NCBI GenBank assembly: GCA_963667785.2
Contig: CAXXMU010000001.1
Span: 512,001 to 576,000 of the forward strand
Reading direction: 5' to 3'
Origin: Alphaproteobacteria bacterium
GTDB taxonomy: Bacteria > Pseudomonadota > Alphaproteobacteria > UBA828
Length of the DNA: 64,000 nt
Below, piece by piece: positions 60,797-64,000 of this stretch. Under the pieces are notes generated by a model. That model worked only from the letters and a program-made list of their open reading frames with translations. It was not told where the DNA came from and did not search any database. The translations under genes were made by a program, and so were the position numbers. Numbering within the stretch: the stretch's first letter is position 1; every line of letters begins with the position of its first letter.

Positions 60797-61687
60797 TCAG
60801 CTCCCCTGACCGATCATCTTCATGATGCCCGAGAAATCGTCCGTGCCGTTGCCGGCGTTGCAGAAGAGGGTGTAGAGAGCGGCCGCCTCTGCGCCCAGCG
60901 GCGAGGCCGCACCGGCCGAGGCCGCGGCCCCCTGGGCGAGCCGGAGGTCCTTCAGCATCATCTCGGCGGTGAAGCCCGGCGCATAGTCGCGGTTCGACGG
61001 CGCCGCCTCCACCGGCCCCGGAACCGGGCAGTAGGAGGTGAGTGCCCAGCACTGGCCGGTCGCCTTGGAGACGATGTCGAACAGCGTCTGGCGCTCGAGC
61101 CCGAGCCGGTCCGCCATCCCGAAGGCCTCGCAGACGCCGATCATCGAGACCGCGAGGATCAGGTTGTTGCAGATCTTGGCGGTCTGGCCCGCGCCGGAGG
61201 AGCCGGCATGCACCACGGCCTTGCCCATGTCGCCCAGCACCGGACGGGCGCGCTCGACCGCGTCGGCCTCGCCGCCGACCATGAAGGTGAGCGTGCCGGC
61301 GGCAGCACCCGCGACGCCGCCGGAGACCGGCGCATCCAGCAACGGCCAGCCGCCCTCTGCCGCGGCGCCCGCGACGCTGCGGGCGGTGTCCACGTCGATG
61401 GTCGAGCAGTCGATGAAGAGCGCGCCCGGCGCGGCGGACGAGAAGACCCCGCCATCGCCCCGATAGACCTCGGCGACATGGGCGCCGGCCGGCAGCATGG
61501 TGACGACCACCTCCCGCCCGCGCGCCGCCTCGGCGATCGAGCCCGCCGCAGCGGCGCCCGCGTCCCGCGCGGCATCGAGGGCCGCCTGGCTGATGTCGAA
61601 GGCGCTGACCGCATGGCCCGCCGCCGCCAGGTTGGCGGCCATCGGCCCCCCCATGTTGCCGAGCCCGATGAAGCCGATATCCGCCAT
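60797..61687 (-). CDS. mmsB: 3-hydroxyisobutyrate dehydrogenase
   Basis: FIGLGNMGGPMA, DAPVSGG, AKICNN, SYCPVPG, MLKDL. Confidence 0.95.
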   Translation of the reverse strand: MADIGFIGLGNMGGPMAANLAAAGHAVSAFDISQAALDAARDAGAAAAGSIAEAARGREVVVTMLPAGAHVAEVYRGDGGVFSSAAPGALFIDCSTIDVDTARSVAGAAAEGGWPLLDAPVSGGVAGAAAGTLTFMVGGEADAVERARPVLGDMGKAVVHAGSSGAGQTAKICNNLILAVSMIGVCEAFGMADRLGLERQTLFDIVSKATGQCWALTSYCPVPGPVEAAPSNRDYAPGFTAEMMLKDLRLAQGAAASAGAASPLGAEAAALYTLFCNAGNGTDDFSGIMKMIGQGS

Positions 61688-61737
61688 GTCGATACCTCCC
61701 TTGTCCCTGCCTCGCCGCCGCAGGCGCGCGCCGGCGC

Positions 61738-62808
61738 CTACCAGAATTCCATGTCGCCCCTGGGCGGCTCCTCGAAATAGGCATCGACCGCCTGCGCCGA
61801 CACCTCCTCCAGCCGCGCCGGGCGCCACGCCGGGTTGCGGTCCTTGTCGACGATCTGGGCGCGGATGCCCTCGAAGAAGTCGACGCCCAGGTTGCAGTGC
61901 ATGGCGAGCCGGTATTCCAGCGCCATCGCCTCCTCGAAGCCGCGTTCGCCATACTCGGTGAGCTGCTTGAAGGTGACCTTGAGACTGGTCGGCGACTTCT
62001 GGGCGAGGGTGGCGCGCGTCTCCGCCGCCCACTCGCTCCCCTCGGCCTCGAGCCTCTCCATGATCTCCTCCACGGAGCCCGCGCCGAAGCAGCGGTCGAT
62101 CGCCGCCTGGTGAGGGGCGAGCGGGGCGGGGCCAGGATCGATGACGCTCTCGGCAAGCAGCCCGTCGATGGTGGCGGGCGCGTCGTCGCCGAGGTCGGCC
62201 GCCAGCAGGGTCTCGTCCAGCGCCTGCAGCGCGTCGCCCGGCACCACGTGGGTCGCGAGCCCGAGATAGAGCGAATCGGCGGCGCCGATGCGTGCGCCGG
62301 TGAGGCCGAGGTAGAGCCCGCTCCGGCCCCGGAGCCTGGGCAGGAAATAGGTCGCGCCGACATCCGGGAAGAGGCCGATCCCGGTCTCGGGCATGGCGAA
62401 CAGCGCGCGCTCGGTCATCACGCGGTGCGAGCCGTGAATCGAGATTCCGACCCCGCCGCCCATGACCACGCCGTCGATCAGCGCGACGTAGGGCTTGGGG
62501 TAGCGGAAGATGAACGTGTTGATGCGGTATTCCTGGGCGTAGAAGACGGTGGCGAAGCTGCGCTCGGGGTCGTCCCGCTCGCCGTAGAGGAGGCGGATGT
62601 CGCCGCCGGCGCAGAAGGGCACCCGGCCGTCGTCCCGCGCCGCCCCGCGGATGACCACGGCTGCGATCGCGGGGTCCTCCGCCCATTCCCTGAGCCGCGC
62701 GTCGAGGCCCAGCACCATCGGCTGGGTCAGCGCGTTGAGCGCGCGCGGCCGGTTGAGCGTGATGCTGCCGACCCGGCCCTTCTGCTCCAGAATGATCTCG
62801 TCGCTCAC
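61738..62808 (-). CDS. 3-hydroxyisobutyryl-CoA hydrolase (crotonase family)
   Basis: LNRPRALNAL, FCAGGDI, MGGGVG, AMPETGIGLFPDVG, EGIRAQIVDKD. Confidence 0.92.
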   Translation of the reverse strand: MSDEIILEQKGRVGSITLNRPRALNALTQPMVLGLDARLREWAEDPAIAAVVIRGAARDDGRVPFCAGGDIRLLYGERDDPERSFATVFYAQEYRINTFIFRYPKPYVALIDGVVMGGGVGISIHGSHRVMTERALFAMPETGIGLFPDVGATYFLPRLRGRSGLYLGLTGARIGAADSLYLGLATHVVPGDALQALDETLLAADLGDDAPATIDGLLAESVIDPGPAPLAPHQAAIDRCFGAGSVEEIMERLEAEGSEWAAETRATLAQKSPTSLKVTFKQLTEYGERGFEEAMALEYRLAMHCNLGVDFFEGIRAQIVDKDRNPAWRPARLEEVSAQAVDAYFEEPPRGDMEFW

Positions 62809-62888
62809 GGCGCCTCCGCCCCGCTCGTTCGGCGCCGCATCCTAAGGACAAGCTCCCGATGGGGGAATAGCCGCCGGGCCTGCCCCTC

Positions 62889-64000
62889 TCACTCGGCCAG
62901 CAGGCGGCGCGCGATGATGAGGCGCATGATCTCGTTGGTGCCTTCGAGGATCTGGTGGACCCGCAGGTCCCTGAGGTGGCGCTCGACCGGAAAATCCATG
63001 AGGTAGCCGTAGCCGCCCAGAAGCTGCAGCGCCTGGTTGCAGACGTCGAATCCCGCGTCGGTGGCGAAGCGCTTGGCCATGGCGATGGTCGCGGTCGCGC
63101 CGTCCTCGCCTGCGTCGTATGCGGCCGCGGCTTGGTGGATCATCAGGCGCGCGGCCTCGAGGCTCGTCGCCATGTCGGCGAGCGTGAACTGGAGCGCCTG
63201 GAAGTCGGCAAGCCTCTGGCCGAACTGCCGGCGCTGGAGCAGGTGATCGCGGGCGATCTCGAGGCTCGCCTGGGCGGCACCGATGGAGCAGGCGCCGATG
63301 TTGATGCGCCCGCCGTCGAGCCCGGCCATGGCGATCCTGAAGCCCTGGCCCTCCGTGCCGATCAAGTTTTCCACCGGCACGCGGCAGTCCTCGAAGTTCA
63401 CCATCGCCGTGGGCTGGCTGTGCCAGCCGAGCTTCTTCTCCTGGGCGCCGAAGGAGAGCCCCGGCGTGTCGCGCTCGACGGCGATGCACGAGATGCCGCC
63501 CGGCCCCGGCCCGCCGGTGCGCACCATGCAGACGTAGACGTCCGCCGCGCCGCCGCCGGAGATGAACGCCTTGGTGCCGTTCAGCACGTAGCAATCGCCC
63601 TCCCGCCGCGCGCCGGTGCTGAGCGATGCGGCGTCGGAGCCCGAGCCCGGCTCGGTCAGGCAGTAGCTCGCGAAATGCTCCATGCTGGCGAGGCGGGGCA
63701 GGAAGCGGCGGCGCTGCGGGTCCGCGCCGAAGGAGTCGATCATCCACGACGCCATGTTGTGGATCGAGACGTAGGCGGCGGTCGACGCGCAGCCCCGGGC
63801 GAGGCCCTCGAAGATCAGCGCGGCGTCCAGCCGGGAGAGGTTCGATCCGCCGACATCGTCCCTGACGTAAATCCCGCCGAAGCCGAGCGATGCGGCCTTG
63901 CGCAGCGTCTCCGTCGGGAAGGTGCAGTCGCGGTCCCAGGCCGCGGCGTGGGGCGCGAGCTCGTTCGCGGCGAAGCTCTCCGCGAGCTCGCGGAACGCCT
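62889..64000 (-). CDS. Isobutyryl-CoA/acyl-CoA dehydrogenase (5' end outside the window)
   Basis: Frame open to the window edge; [46 protein letters not shown]. Confidence 0.93.
   Translation of the reverse strand, partial: AFRELAESFAANELAPHAAAWDRDCTFPTETLRKAASLGFGGIYVRDDVGGSNLSRLDAALIFEGLARGCASTAAYVSIHNMASWMIDSFGADPQRRRFLPRLASMEHFASYCLTEPGSGSDAASLSTGARREGDCYVLNGTKAFISGGGAADVYVCMVRTGGPGPGGISCIAVERDTPGLSFGAQEKKLGWHSQPTAMVNFEDCRVPVENLIGTEGQGFRIAMAGLDGGRINIGACSIGAAQASLEIARDHLLQRRQFGQRLADFQALQFTLADMATSLEAARLMIHQAAAAYDAGEDGATATIAMAKRFATDAGFDVCNQALQLLGGYGYLMDFPVERHLRDLRVHQILEGTNEIMRLIIARRLLAE

Overview
Very GC-rich chromosomal window from an alphaproteobacterium (Rhodospirillales/Kiloniellales-like gene order: dapD-dapE, yejABEF, dapF-mtaB-ftsY, DUF4164-zapA-6S RNA-ygfA-ymdB, the coxB-ctaD-ctaB-coxF-ctaG-ctaE-DUF983-SURF1-carboxypeptidase operon divergent from tldD, xseA, and valine-catabolism genes including mmsB). 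Most of it is housekeeping or catabolic. The accessory content is: (1) a divergent urease-like locus (gamma-beta fusion, alpha, ureD only) with intact metal ligands but a remodelled substrate pocket; (2) a small island carrying a frameshifted, signal-peptide-bearing solenoid protein of 33- and 40-aa TPR-like modules, bounded by an IS3-like end, an IS21-like 92-bp MITE and a truncated parD; (3) an intergenic array of helically phased ~10-bp (A/G)TCCC repeats; (4) a family of modular GTAG-REP-like elements between convergent genes; and (5) two complete type II toxin-antitoxin pairs plus two orphan or broken antitoxins. I saw no CRISPR array, rRNA or tRNA. All calls come from motif recognition by eye; no database search was run.
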